Positions 15,086 through 28,729 of a DNA stretch of 64,000 nt are shown piece after piece. The stretch is from the human T2T-CHM13v2.0 reference genome, Homo sapiens. The stretch's first letter is position 1, and every line of letters begins with the position of its first letter. The notes below the pieces were generated by a model, which was given only the letters and a program-made list of their open reading frames with translations, did not search any database and was not told the DNA's origin. A program made the position numbers and the translations under genes. The stretch lies in assembly GCF_009914755.1 (NCBI RefSeq), contig NC_060939.1; one strand, written 5' to 3'.

Positions 15086-18000
15086 ATTTTTAGTTTTATT
15101 TTTTAAACAGAAATTAACCTCAAAATCCCATAGACTTGAGTTTCATCCCGAATCAAAAAACCAAAGCCCAAATCAATCACAGTCCCCTGAACACCAACCA
15201 CCTCGTGATGGAGCTGCAATCAGAGCAACTGCATTTTCTCTTCCTCAGTGAGATCTGTGAATACCTAAGACTTGAATGCATGGTGTGACTATAAAGCCAC
15301 GCCTGAGTTTTCTTAAACACTCGAGAACTTATAAATTCAAGAAGTGCTGTCTTTCAAAGTCACTCTGCTTGTTTCAGCTTTGAATTTCCTCCATGAAATT
15401 GTCTTCAGAGCTGGTTTAGTAACGCCAAAGAAAATAAATTTCATTATAATTCAGAAGAAACACTTGCTTAAGTCACAGTCTTATTCCTCTTTTCATGCCC
15501 TCTTTCTTAGTGTTCTTTATTTTTATTGCTAATGTGTTTGACTAAGACCTCAAGGTCCTATTGTTGAAAACCTGGGGAAAAGAGTGTGGGAAGAGGTTCT
15601 GAGGCATAATAAAGCCTGGGGCTTGGGGAGGAGTACAGGGAGGGGGCTGGACAGTTTGAATGTGAGGCCCAAAAGTAAGGTGACCATATCATTTATCACC
15701 CCATTCTGGTATACTTTTGAGTGTGAAAGAGTCATGATTAATAATCATGTCAGGTCAACCAGGATGTATGATCACCCTATGTGAATAGGGAGAAAGTCAG
15801 GAAGGCACTCTAATATTTGTCCACTTGGGCTACCTTTAGGGCAAGAGATGCACCAGTATAACTGACCAAGGGCCATAAATGTGAATTGCCGGAAGTGGAG
15901 GATGGCTTCTATTTGAGGATGGAGCTATCATTACATTTGATCATTGGGACAGATCCATCTTTAATTTAGGGAAATCTTATTCAGTGAAAAAGTTACATTG
16001 AATTTCTTGAAAGTACTTCTAATAGGTTAAAAGATTTTGTGACTACTTACACATTCAGATACTCCTTGGAAATGAAAAGATTTTTAAGGCATTATAATAC
16101 ACCCACCCACCTACACATGTTCTTGTCAACTTCTAAGACTCCACCATAACCCTGGAATTCTCACATTTCCTTCTCCCCTCAAAAGACTGACAAAAGATTA
16201 AACAGCCAACAAAATCCCCCTAATTGCATGGTCATTCATTCTAAGTTGTTCTCCCATTCACTGCCTTATAGTCTGTTCTTTTGTCTTGTGTTTTCCATCT
16301 GTGCAAAGCTGCAGTCTCATTGAGTTTGTTGGCTTTCCCACTTAAGTTGTTTATTGTACCAAATCTCATTCATTCTGGTGGAAATCAGCCTGTAACACAA
16401 GGGTCCATGCCATATATGTTAAATATTGCTTTGTTTTTTAAGCCACTGCTTATTGTAACACACATCTTACCAAATTCAAAAAGCAAGAAATCTACAAATC
16501 TTTCTTTCAATAGTTTCAAAGTTAACTTTATTACCCATAATACATACTTCTAAAAGAATGCCAGAATAGCTGAATTCATACATTTCACAAAAATTTATTG
16601 AGTTCCTCTTTTTTGTAGGTGCACTAGGAGAAATCACACAGTTCCCTACCTCAAGGCTCTCACAGCAAACAAATCTAAAAAAATGATTGAACTGTATACT
16701 TAACATTTGTGTACTTTAGGTAAATTATACCTCAATAAAAATATAAATAAAACCAATTTTGCTATATGCTATGGGCTTTTATAGGTCAAGAAAATTGATC
16801 TTTGGATTCTCATAACACATTTTTTTAAACAGGCTACTTATTTTAGATATTTATTTTTCCCCGAGTAGAATGGATTAATTACAAGTAATGACATTGGATC
16901 AGTCTTGCCTCTTTTAAGCATAGGCCTTTACTGTAATCTGCTTCCAAACAATCCCAATAAAATCGTTGATTTTAAGAGTCAAAAAGTTGCTCAGAGCCTT
17001 CTTCAGGGACTCTTAACTTTTTCTGCCACATGGATCCTTTGAAACTCTGATAAAAGCAAAGCTATAGACTTCCTCCCTGGAAATATACACATGCACCAAG
17101 ATTTTGGGATAAACACACCACTGAAAACCATGCAGGGACCACTTAGGAACCCAAAGATCTCAAATTAAGATCCACTGAGATAACACAATCCTTTTCCTCC
17201 AGATGAAAGCAATAGACCCAGGGAGTGAAAACAGCCTGTTTAGGGGCTGAAGACAGAACCCAGCCTTCTGATACTGCTTACTCCACTGTCTCTTTAGATA
17301 TCATTAAGTTCCCTTGGCCCCCAAAACTCCCATCTGTGGATCCCCTGAGTTTAGAAGAACTTCCACAGTACCTTGTAGCCTACCTTTTATAACTGGAGTC
17401 ACGCCGGAAGCTGGTCAAAGTTTACCTTTTACTTATTGGAGAACAACAGGTACAAAGCAGAGTTTCTTATATTAAATTGGGACATTTTTCTCTTTTTTTC
17501 CTCAAAACCGAGAATGGAAGTGAAAATTAAAATCCAGCAATAAAGGGTTTTCTTTTTAGTTTAATGAAATCAACTCTAAAATTTGCTTTTATTTATATTC
17601 TGAAATTTAAAACTTTGTTCTTCGTTGATCTTTATAACATTGGAAAGATTGAACTTACACTTTGCTCTGTGAATCTTTCAATGGTTTGTGACCAAACCAT
17701 AAATTTCAACCCGACCCAGGAAATTTCTGCGACTTGTGCCCACCCAGTTTTGCAGTTTGGAACAGAATTCTTGCTCCCAATCCAAATAGAGACTGAGAGA
17801 AATGAAAGAGGACCCAGAAAGCCTTTTCTTCTCTGTGAAAGGCCTGATCCTAAGTGGCGCAATCAATAAAGAAAAGGGTTCAAGCTGCAGCCTACAAATT
17901 TCTTAGAGTTTAATGTGTTCAGGTTGAGGTGGAGAAATTACATAAACCTGTGAATAGACATGGACTAGAAGCCATGTGTATATGCATTCTGTCCCTAAAG

Positions 18001-18469
18001 GTTTTGCTAGGTACTTACTAAGCTATTCCTTCTGTGCAATCATCTTTCGTTTTTCTACTTGTATGGATGAAAGCCTACCTTCACTGAACACTTCACCTTA
18101 TGTGCCAGCTATTGTTCTAAACCCATTACATTATTTAATCTTCACGACAATTCTTTAAGGTAGTCTTATTACTATGCTCATTTTATAGATGAGCAAACAA
18201 GTTTTCAGGGGTCAAGAAATTTGAGCAAGTTCACATTAACTTGTAAATCACGAAATTGAGCATCAGATACAAGCATCTGGCTGCACTTCCTGAGTTTGTA
18301 CGTCCTACTCTCATAAAATAGATACATTGAAGACTGAGAAAGAATACTGTTGGCCGATTCCTCAGGCAATAATTTTTTCGATATTGTATTGTTGTCTCAG
18401 AAACCTCCAGCCTCTCTCATTGATGGACGGTAGGAGGGGCACATGGAGTGGACCAGGAGTGGGCAGGAG

Positions 18470-19330
18470 TGGGGTGGGGGCGTGCTTTTAGAAGCGTTTC
18501 GGGGGAACGACAAGGCGCGGGTCGTAGAGGTCTACCCTCTCTGCAGTCCCAGCATGGCTCCTGGAGCTCTCTGGGCGGCCGCTGACCCCGACATCGCGGC
18601 GGCCCGCCCCCAGCGCCGCGCTGCCCAATCAGCGGCGCGGCCTGGTGCCCCGCCACTCCGCGCCGGCCATATAGGCCTCCTCCTGGCGCGCCTCCGCACC
18701 GCATTGGTGGACCGGCCCCCAGCCCGTCCATGGGCGTTGTGGCCGCCACCGCAGGTTCCGCCTCCCGTTCCCTCCGCCCTCAACGTACGTCGCACCGCCT
18801 CTCTGTAGCCGCCCGCGGAGCATCGCAGCCGGCCCGGGCCCCCGCCAGCCTCCCTCCTCGCGTCCCTCGGTGTCCTCCGCGGGCCGGCGCGATGCGGCTG
18901 GGCCCGAGGACCGCGGCGTTGGGGCTGCTGCTGCTGTGCGCCGCCGCGGCCGGCGCCGGCAAGGCCGAGGAGCTGCACTACCCGCTGGGCGAGCGCCGCA
19001 GCGACTACGACCGCGAGGCGCTGCTGGGCGTCCAGGTGAGGCGGCCAGGCCGGTGCTGGGAGGGCCGGGCCTCGCACCGCGGCTGCCGCGGGCTTTGTCC
19101 CGGGACAAAGGGGGGCGGCCGGGCGAGGCCTGGCAGGGGCGGCCTGACAATGGGGGCCGGGCGGCGCGGCACTCGCTCTCTGGGGGTCCTGGGGCCTGGA
19201 AAGCCTGAGGAGATAGCACGGCCCAAGAGCTGGATCCCTTCTACCCCTCAGATCATGGAGGGTGTGTAGGGGGTAGGGGCCTTGAAGTGCAGGTGCGGGT
19301 CACCCCGAAACCCTTTGGCAAGGGGGTCTT
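18470..19330. promoter_or_regulatory. RCN2: CpG island / RCN2 promoter with GC boxes and two CCAAT boxes
   Basis: Very GC- and CpG-rich stretch around the first coding exon. CCGCCC at ~18604, CCAAT at 18625-18629, ATTGG at 18703-18707, no clear TATA box. G-runs upstream (18470-18481) and in intron 1. Confidence 0.9.
18892..19035 (+). CDS. RCN2: RCN2 coding exon 1 (signal peptide [22 protein letters not shown] ... REALLGVQ)
   Basis: ATG at 18892; 144 nt ending CAG|GTGAG; translation matches the reticulocalbin-2 N-terminus. Confidence 0.97.
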
Positions 19331-19410
19331 CTAGTAGCCCTGTTTTTCTCCACCATTTTGCCCCACTGATAGTAATGCTTGGCCCTCCTGTGTGTCGCTT
19401 CCCCCTAAAG

Positions 19411-19516
19411 GAAGATGTGGATGAATATGTTAAACTCGGCCACGAAGAGCAGCAAAAAAGACTGCAGGCGATCATAAAGAAAATCGACTTGGACTCAGAT
19501 GGCTTTCTCACTGAAA
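19411..19516 (+). CDS. RCN2: RCN2 coding exon 2 (EDVDEYVK ... [12 protein letters not shown]-hand 1 loop)
   Basis: ccccctaaag|GAA acceptor; A|gtaag donor; 106 nt. Confidence 0.97.
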
Positions 19517-21193
19517 GTAAGGACTGCCCTACACGACTAACAATGGAGACAAACACAAATATGTTAAGCAGCGGTGTCTGCTGAATGTATAGATTGCTAG
19601 TGTCCCAAGTTGGAAGTCCTGTGAGAAGGAGAAAAGGACATGGAGAATAGGCTTTATACTTACAAATCTTTAGACACTGAGAACCAAGTAAAACTCGGTG
19701 CTTTCTCCAGTTATATATAAACATCATTGACCCTGTACTCTATGTGGAAGTCACACCTTGAGACACCCTCTTTCTCACGTGACTTTTGTTAGTGTCAACA
19801 ATATGATTTATTTTAGAGAAATATGCCCCAAAACTTTAAGGCAGTAAATGATTTATCGCTCTTTTGATATATGCTTCATTTAAATTTTAGGAATTTGCTT
19901 CTTTTTTTAAGCAAGTAGAAAAAGACCTGTTGCCTGTGAATTACGTTTATTATAACATTATACCAAAATGTTAGAGCTGGTAGGGGCCTTGGGATCATCT
20001 TGTCCACATCACTTTGTAGAGATGAAGAAATGAAGCACAGGGATAAGTGCCTTCTACAAATAAGTGGCAAAGCTGGACTAGAATCCAGGTATCCTGCTCT
20101 TAATTCAGGTTTTAATATCCTTCAGTTAAAAAAAAAAATCTGATGCTCTCAGGTAAATTCTCTAGTCAGAAATGAAATGCACAGACTATTAAAAGAATGT
20201 TCTAAATAAATTGCTGTGCAGTTGTCTCTCCCCATTGTTCAATTCAAATGATGTTCCCTGTCAGCGTTCCAAGTGGGTCCTCAGAAAAATTCAGGTTGTT
20301 ATTGTGACTCTTAAGTTAGCTGTTTTTCTGTAACTCTCATTTAAATGCTGTTCACCATCAAGGAATTAAGTTGCTGGAGACAATTAAAAACTGGTAAATT
20401 TAAGATGTGCTGTCAATGACATATTCACATTGGAACCCTCTGGAAGATTAAGGGCTTTTTTCTTCCACTTAGTTAGACAATAATAACAAGACCTTTGGTC
20501 TCTGATTATCCAATCTAAGAATAAGTCAATCTTTGGTTATACTAGAGTAATCAAAGAACACAACACGTTGATTTGGAAGACTGCGTGGTACCTATCTGTC
20601 AAGACCTAGATATGTTCAAATATTTAATAGTAAGGTTTTAAGAAGTTTAAACTTAGAAAAGTTTTAGTCCAAATATTCATTATACAGATGAGAAGAAAAG
20701 CTTGAGATGGTAAACTACCCCCTGATGGCAAAGCTGAAGTGTGAACCCACATTTCTGATCCCTGTTCCATTCTGTTTTCTTCTATGCCATGGTGATCTCT
20801 TTAAATAAACTAGAAGAAAGATTCATGGTGCTTACGAAAGCCTTCATTCTACTTGAGGACCCTTAAGATAATTTTGGCAATTTGCTCTTTGAGGGCCAGG
20901 TCTGGAATCAGATGTTAAGAGGTAGCAAAACTCAGTAGGAGTTGGCTTTGAAGCCAGACAGGTTTGAATCTGGACTCTGCTATTTACTAGTTGTGAAGGC
21001 TTGGACTTTTCTGAACCTCAGTTTCCTCACCTGTATAATAGTGATGATTATAATTGCATTGTTTTGAAGATTAGAGGCAACATGTACAGAGGAACCTGAT
21101 AAATGGTATACTCATGCTGTCCTCACAAATATTCGTGTTCGTCCCTCCCTTTGTTTCCTTTAACGTAGTTTAGTAAATATTTTTATGAATAGT

Positions 21194-21492
<299 letters not shown>

Positions 21493-22092
21493 AATAGATT
21501 TTTTAAAAGTTGACTGAAAAGTGAACATTTGAATTTTAGAAACTTTCCCATGCCTTCAGGTACCAAGTTAAGACAGATAGCTGTTGCAGGAAGGGCATAA
21601 ATTGCTACCCATAACTTCGTTAAAATTTACTCCAGATGTTTTAACAACATATTTAAAGGTAATATACTGAAGCAGTATTCTCAGTCACTTGAATACCTTT
21701 TCAGAATTTAGGCCATATCTACTTAACCATCTATTATTTTCTTACTATAGTTTTAATTCAACTCACATAAAATTTATTTTAAAGGAAGACTTTATGTCAC
21801 CTTCATAAATAAAAAACACTGTTTTTTCTCATACATACTAAAATAAATAGCTATCAAAATATTTATGCTTCCTGAGAGATCTGTGGTAGTTAGCAAAGGT
21901 TTTCTGCAAGATTTTGGATAACATTTTTTTTAAAAGTAAAGTGCTATTTTGGCCAGTTGGTAATTCATTCAACAAATACTTACAGAGCCAGGAACTTTCC
22001 AGGCATTTGATGTACATCAGTGAACAGAACATACCCAAACTTTTATGGAGCTTACATTATATTTAGATCATATGTTATAGTATGGAAGCTCC

Positions 22093-22385
22093 GGCCAGGC
22101 ATGGTGGCTCACGCCTGTAATCCCAGCAGTTTGGGAGGCCGAGGCAGGTGGATCACGAGGTCAGGAGTTAGAGACCAGCCTGGCCAACATGGTGAAACCC
22201 CGTCTCTACTAAAAATACAAAAAATTAGCCGGGTGTGGTGGCACATGCCTGTAGTTCCAACTACTCAGGAGGCTGAGGCAGGAGAATCGTTTGAACCGGG
22301 AGGCAGAGGTTGCAGTGAGCTGAGATCGCACCACTGCACACTCCAGCATGGGTGAAAGAGCGAGACTCCATCTCAAAAAAAAATA
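22093..22385 (+). mobile_element. AluS (intron 2, ~190 nt before exon 3)
   Basis: Alu consensus; aagct at both flanks. Confidence 0.95.
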
Positions 22386-22575
22386 ATTAAAAGCTTCATG
22401 AGCTCTTCTAAACAGCCTTTCCCACTTCCTACCCCATTTCTATTAATACAACTAGGCCAATTCTCAGTATTTGCAAACATCAAAGATTTTGCCTTTTCAG
22501 AGAAGGTTTGGAAATCCTTACTCTTAAGTATCAGAATTAACGTCACATGCGTTGTGTTCTGGGAAATTCTCATAG

Positions 22576-22772
22576 GTGAACTCAGTTCATGGATTCAGAT
22601 GTCTTTTAAGCATTATGCTATGCAAGAAGCAAAACAACAGTTTGTTGAATATGATAAAAACAGTGATGATACTGTGACTTGGGATGAATATAACATTCAG
22701 ATGTATGATCGTGTGATTGACTTTGATGAGAACACTGCTCTGGATGATGCAGAAGAGGAGTCCTTTAGGAAG
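22576..22772 (+). CDS. RCN2: RCN2 coding exon 3 (ELSSWIQ ... [12 protein letters not shown] ... EEESFRK)
   Basis: catag|GT acceptor; AAG|gtgag donor; 197 nt, phase-compatible with exon 2. Confidence 0.97.
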
Positions 22773-23164
22773 GTGAGTTCATGTGCACAAGCTGTTTCTT
22801 TTGATCATGTCAGTTCACTTTACCTTCCTGCATGAATGAGCACATTGAGGGCCTGAGGTCATAAGCTGGATTGTCTTGTTCTCTAGGAAATCACCTGTTC
22901 CACTTCAGCAGTCATTTTGATGGTTTCCTTTCTGGCCAGATTTAGGACTCTTATTCTAAATTACCTACATGATCCTTCTATCTGTTTTTCTCGGCTGCAT
23001 CATTTAATTGTCCTCATTTCCAGAGTTGCTTTTTAAATGTGTTTTGAATGAGTATCTCAATATTTTAATATCATTGAATAATCAGTTTTATCTTTATTAA
23101 GAAGGCCATTATGGCCCATTCCCATTTTTAAACACATAGTTTTATATACTCACTTAAAAAAACT

Positions 23165-23850
23165 GCGGTTTCCACATCTGTGGATTCAAACAACTGAGAA
23201 TCGTAAGTATCCAAAAAAGTAAGTATTAAAAAAAAAAAAACTGTGTCTCTATTCAACATATACAGAACTTTTTTCTCTTGATTATTCCTTAATATAGTAT
23301 AACAATGATTTATTTCTCATTTAAGTTGTAATTTATATTATAAGTAATCTAGAGATGATTTAAAGCAGAGGTCCCCAACCTTTTTGGCACCAGGGACCAG
23401 TTTCATGGAAGACAATTTTTCCACGGGACAGTGTGTGGCGGGGGGGTGGGGAATGGTTTTAGGATGAAATTGTTCCACCTCAGATCAGCAGGCATTAGGT
23501 TCTCCTAAGGAGTGCGCAACGAAGATCCCTCACATGTACAGTTCACAGTAGGGTTTGCACTCCTATGAAAATCTAATGCCACCCCTGATCTGATAGGAGG
23601 CAGAGCAGAGCTCAGACGGTAATGCCTGCCACTCACCTCTTGCTATGTGGCCCAGTTCCTAACAGGCCATGAACCAATACCCGTCCGCGACCTAGGGATT
23701 GAGGGTCCGTGATTTAAAGTATTCAGGAAGATGTGTGTAGGCTATGTGCAAATACTGCACCATTTTATATCAGGGACTTAAGCATTCTCAGATTTTGATA
23801 GGGAGGTCTTGGAACCAATTTCCCAGGAATGTGTGAGGGAGGACTGTGTA
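23165..23850. mobile_element. MER2 (TcMar-Tigger) interrupted by MER1B
   Basis: catctgtggattcaa ... tataagtaatctagagatgatttaaag | tattcaggaagatgtgtgtagg ... ggaaccaat. Confidence 0.75.
23366..23711. mobile_element. MER1B (hAT-Charlie)
   Basis: Starts cagaggtccccaacctttttggcaccagggaccag; 8-bp TSD atttaaag at 23358-23365 and 23712-23719. Confidence 0.85.
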
Positions 23851-24435
23851 ACAAATTGACCATTGTAACCATTTTAAAGTGTACAGTTGAGTAATATTAA
23901 GTACATTCATGGTGTTGTGCAACCAATCTCCCCGACTCTTTTCATCTTACAGAGTGGAGACTCTCTACCCATTAAACAATAACTCCCCATTCCCTCCTCC
24001 CACTAGCTCCTGGCAACCACTGTTCTACTTTCTGTCTCTGAATTTGGCTACTCTAGGTACCTCATCTAAGTAGAATCATACGCCGTATTTGTCTTTGTAA
24101 CTGGCTTATTTTTACTTAGAATCCTCAAGATTCTTCCATTTTGTAGCATGCATCAGAATTTCCTTCCTTTTTAAGGCAAAGTAATATTCTGTTGTATGTA
24201 CAGGTTGAGTATCCCTAATTCCAAAATCAAAATGCTCTTAAATATGAAACTTTTGGAGCACTGACACGACACTCAAAAGAAATGCTCATTGAAGCATCTT
24301 GGATTTGGGATTTGCAAATCTCTGTGGGATCCTGCTTTCCATTGGTTTGGGTATATACCTGGAAGTGATACTGCTAGATCATACGGTAATTCTATTTTTA
24401 ATTTTTTGAGAAACCACAGTACCATTTTTCATAGT
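23850..24435 (-). mobile_element. L1M 3' fragment with a nested Tigger4/MER46-like piece (~24200-24315)
   Basis: L1MB-type 3' UTR motifs; caggttgagtatccctaat ... aaaatgctc terminal sequence. Confidence 0.7.
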
Positions 24436-24458
24436 GAGTACACCCTTTAAAATTACTC

Positions 24459-24757
24459 CTTTTTTTTTTTTATTTTTATTTTTTGAGACAGTATCTCACT
24501 CTGTTGCCCAGGCTGAAGTGCAGTGGTATAATCTCGGCTCACTGCCTCCTGGGCTCAAGCAGTCCTCCCAGCACAGCCCCCGAAGTAGCTGGGATTTCAG
24601 GCTCAAGCCACCACGCCCATCTAATTTTTGTATTTTTTGTAGAGATGGGGTTTTACCATCTTGCCCAGGCTAGTCTCAAACTCCTGAGGTCAAGTGATCT
24701 ACCCACCTCAGCCTCCCAAAGTGCTAGGATTACAGGTGTAAGCCACGACACCTGGCC
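24459..24757 (-). mobile_element. AluJ (intron 3)
   Basis: Alu consensus; TSD aaattactc. Confidence 0.92.
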
Positions 24758-25933
24758 CCAAATTACTCATTTTTTGAAAATTTAGTATCTGTGTGAGTTC
24801 TAATGTGTCTCATGGTTTAATTTGTTGAAATATATGCTTCTTAAGCAGAGCTGAGAAAGACTAATTTTATTTAGGAATTAGGAACTTTTTAACACTTCTA
24901 GGAAGTCTATTAAACTAAAAGTATATCAACAGAAATGACTGTGAGCTTGAGAAATTGATATATCAAATACTTTTGTATTTCAAAGCTAATTTTAAAGAAT
25001 TAAAATCTTTTTTATAGGTACATGATAGTTGTATTATACATACTTACAGAGTACATGTGATATTTTGATATCACACAAACGTATATTATAATGATCAAAT
25101 CAGGGTAATTAGAGGATCACCAAGAATTTTTTTAAGATAGTTTTTATGTGTAGAAAAACATAAAAATAAAATCAAACATGCTGTTGCAAACTGTCCCAAA
25201 ATATTAGTCAAGGGTGCTTGGAAAATATTCAAGGCTCTTCTGTTTCTTAACTTATCCTGTTTTGGTATATACCTTTTAATTTTTGTTGTGGCCATAATTT
25301 ATTGTATTAAACAATATAGTGTAACAATGATTTACTCCTCATTTAAATTGTAATTTGTCTTATAAGTAATCTAGAAATGATTTAAAATATTTGGGAAGAT
25401 ATGTGTAGGTTATATGCAAATGCTATGCCACTTTATATCAGGGAATTGAGTATCCTTGGGTTTTGGTATCTGTGGGAGGTTCTGGAACCAATTTCTCACA
25501 AATATGGAGGGAGGAGTGCATAACAAATTTACTATTGTAACCATTTTAAAGTGTACCATTCAGTAGTGTTAAGTACATTCACAGTGTTGTGCAGCTAATC
25601 CCCAGAACTCTTTTCATCTTGGAAAGCTGAAACTCTGTACCTGTTAAACAACACCCCATTCCCTCCTTGGTAAATGCTTTCTAAGTGTGCTATTTATTTA
25701 GAATCATATTGGCCGCTTGAACTCTGTAAGCCACCACTAACTCTAAGTTGGTTAATTCTCTGCTAATAACTACAGCATCAATGTGGAGGTTTGGGGCTCC
25801 ATCCTCAGAGCCAGTCTGCTTAGCTTCACATTTAGCTCCAGCACTTCACGGTTGTGTAACTTTGGGTAAGTTATTAAACTTTCATGTGCCTCAGTTTCCT
25901 CATCTCCAAAAATGAGGATAATAATTCCCATTC

Positions 25934-26278
25934 AGGCCAGGTGTGGTGGCTCACACCTGTAATCTCAGCACTTTGGGAAGCCAAGGTGGGAGAATCACTT
26001 GAGCCCAGAGTTCGAGAACAACTGGGCAATGTGGCAAGACCCCGTCCCTATGGATACATTTTCCTCTTAAAAATTAAATCCTAACTAATCTAAAGCTGTC
26101 TAGTTAACAAATGCCCAAACAAAATTTAAAAATTAGATGGGCATGATGGTCCGTCCTGTGATCCCAGCTATTTGGGAGGCTGAGGCAGGAAGATTGCTCG
26201 AGCCCAGGCAGTCAAGGCTGCGGTGAGCCATATTTATGCCACTACACTGCAGCCTGGGCAACAGAGAGACCTCATTTC

Positions 26279-26315
<37 letters not shown>

Positions 26316-26317
26316 AA
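25934..26317 (+). mobile_element. AluJ with a non-Alu insertion in its central linker and an (AAAT)n tail
   Basis: Left arm 25934-26050, insert ~26051-26120, right arm to ~26280. Confidence 0.9.
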
Positions 26318-27576
26318 ATTTCCTCTTTAGGATTATAATAGTGTGGATAAATATTAATAAATGGTAGCAGTTGGAGGGGCAAGCAGTTCTGTTTTGATTT
26401 AAAAGAATATTGAAGAAAGCATTTACAGTTCACATAAATTTATATTTAATCAACTTTTTAAAACTTTATGCATTTGTTAACTATCAGCTTTAGATTAGTT
26501 AGGATTTTATTTTTTAAGGGGAAAATGTATCTTTTGTTTTCTTTTTATTTGGGTCTTCATTCTACAGTGGACTAAAGTGAGTAAAAATCAGTCTTTTTAC
26601 TGCTTGTAAATACTAAAGGAAAAACAAGTAGTGATAATGAGATTTGGGATCATCTGTCTATTAAGTATCCCCATTTACTATAGGAATTAACTTATCTTAA
26701 ACCAATGTAACTTATCTAAAACCAAAGCATGGTGTGGTGTGGTTTCCCTTCCTAGGAACAACAGAGAAGTTAAATACAGTATTTTAAAATCTTGCTGGAA
26801 TTAGATTCTAATTATGTTTTCTATTTTTATTTTTTGTTACTCAAAAGACTTAATTACTATCCCATTAAAAAATAAGAAGTGCATGTTCCTGTATTCTTAG
26901 AAGGGGGTGATGTAATAGATGGTGCTGAGAAGAAAATCTTCACTTTGAAGAGATACATGACTCATAAATTGTTTATGAACAGTTCTTTTAAAAGGTGTCT
27001 GGTTCTAATTCTGTGTTCTCCACCAGCTACTTAGAATGTGTTGATTATAACACTCTGCTTTTAAAGGATGAATTAGATGAATCTTAACAGCCTAAAGGAA
27101 TAGATTGATCCCTAAAATGAACACTTCAATGGGAGTCCTTTTGGTTATTTTTTTTTTTGACAGCCTAGGAATATGTCTCTATCTTCATGAAGTTCTAATC
27201 ATATGTTTTTAGAATTTGCTATAAGTAACTTCCTGTGTGTATGTGTAGTCCCAGCTGCTCAGGAGGCTGAAGTAGGAGGATTGCTTGAGCCCAGGAATTT
27301 GAGGCCAGTCTGGACAACATAGTGAAACCTTGTCCCTTTAAAAAAAAAAAATAACGTCCTAAAAATTGATGTGGAGTGTAAAGATGAACCCAGAAACCAT
27401 ATGCATTATTTTTCTAAATAAAAAATAACGGATGAGGAATGAATCAATCTCAAAGTTATAGACTAAACACTATACCATAAATAAAATAATCATAAAAAGT
27501 AATTGGATATGTGAATAAAATAAAGTTTTCTATAAGAAAGTCTGTTATAACTGACGAAAGTCAGCTTAATATCTGA

Positions 27577-28350
<774 letters not shown>

Positions 28351-28675
28351 TGCTGAATGTGCATGTATAAGCAGTATTTATTTATGTAAGATATAACCTT
28401 GCATGTGGCTAATCAGAATTTTTAATGCCTAGTCATTTGTTCTAGTATCACACATTATATATTTCCTCATGTAGAATCATTAGTCTACCAAAAGATGGCA
28501 GTTTTGTTCCTCACAAGTTTCTGTTGTAATCTAAAAATAAATGATTATGGTAGCTTTTTTATTACTGTACCTAACACTTTTTACCCTCTACTAGAATACA
28601 AAGTTTTTATATACAAGAAAAAAAAAGAGTGTTGAAGTTTTATGAAACTGACCATCTTTTTTGTTATTTTTTTAG

Positions 28676-28729
28676 GAATTTGCCATTTGTAAAAAACAGT
28701 CTTTCTGTTTTTGGCTTCTTCGATTTAAT
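28676..28729 (+). CDS. RCN2: RCN2 alternative in-frame cassette exon (EFAICKKQSFCFWLLRFN)
   Basis: Long poly-T tract plus ag acceptor; AAT|gtgag donor; 54 nt, phase 0-0, no stop. Consistent with my recollection of a longer RCN2 isoform. Confidence 0.75.

Noticed and set aside
18625-18712. ER-stress elements (ERSE, ERSE-II) or a CArG box in the promoter
   Set aside because: Neither CCAAT box is followed by N9-CCACG, ATTGG is not followed by N-CCACG, and ccatatagg has only five A/T residues.
18417-19269. Several long overlapping ORFs on both strands around exon 1
   Set aside because: Stop-poor GC-rich CpG island with low-complexity Arg/Gly/Pro/Ala translations; only the RCN2 frame is supported by splice sites and homology.
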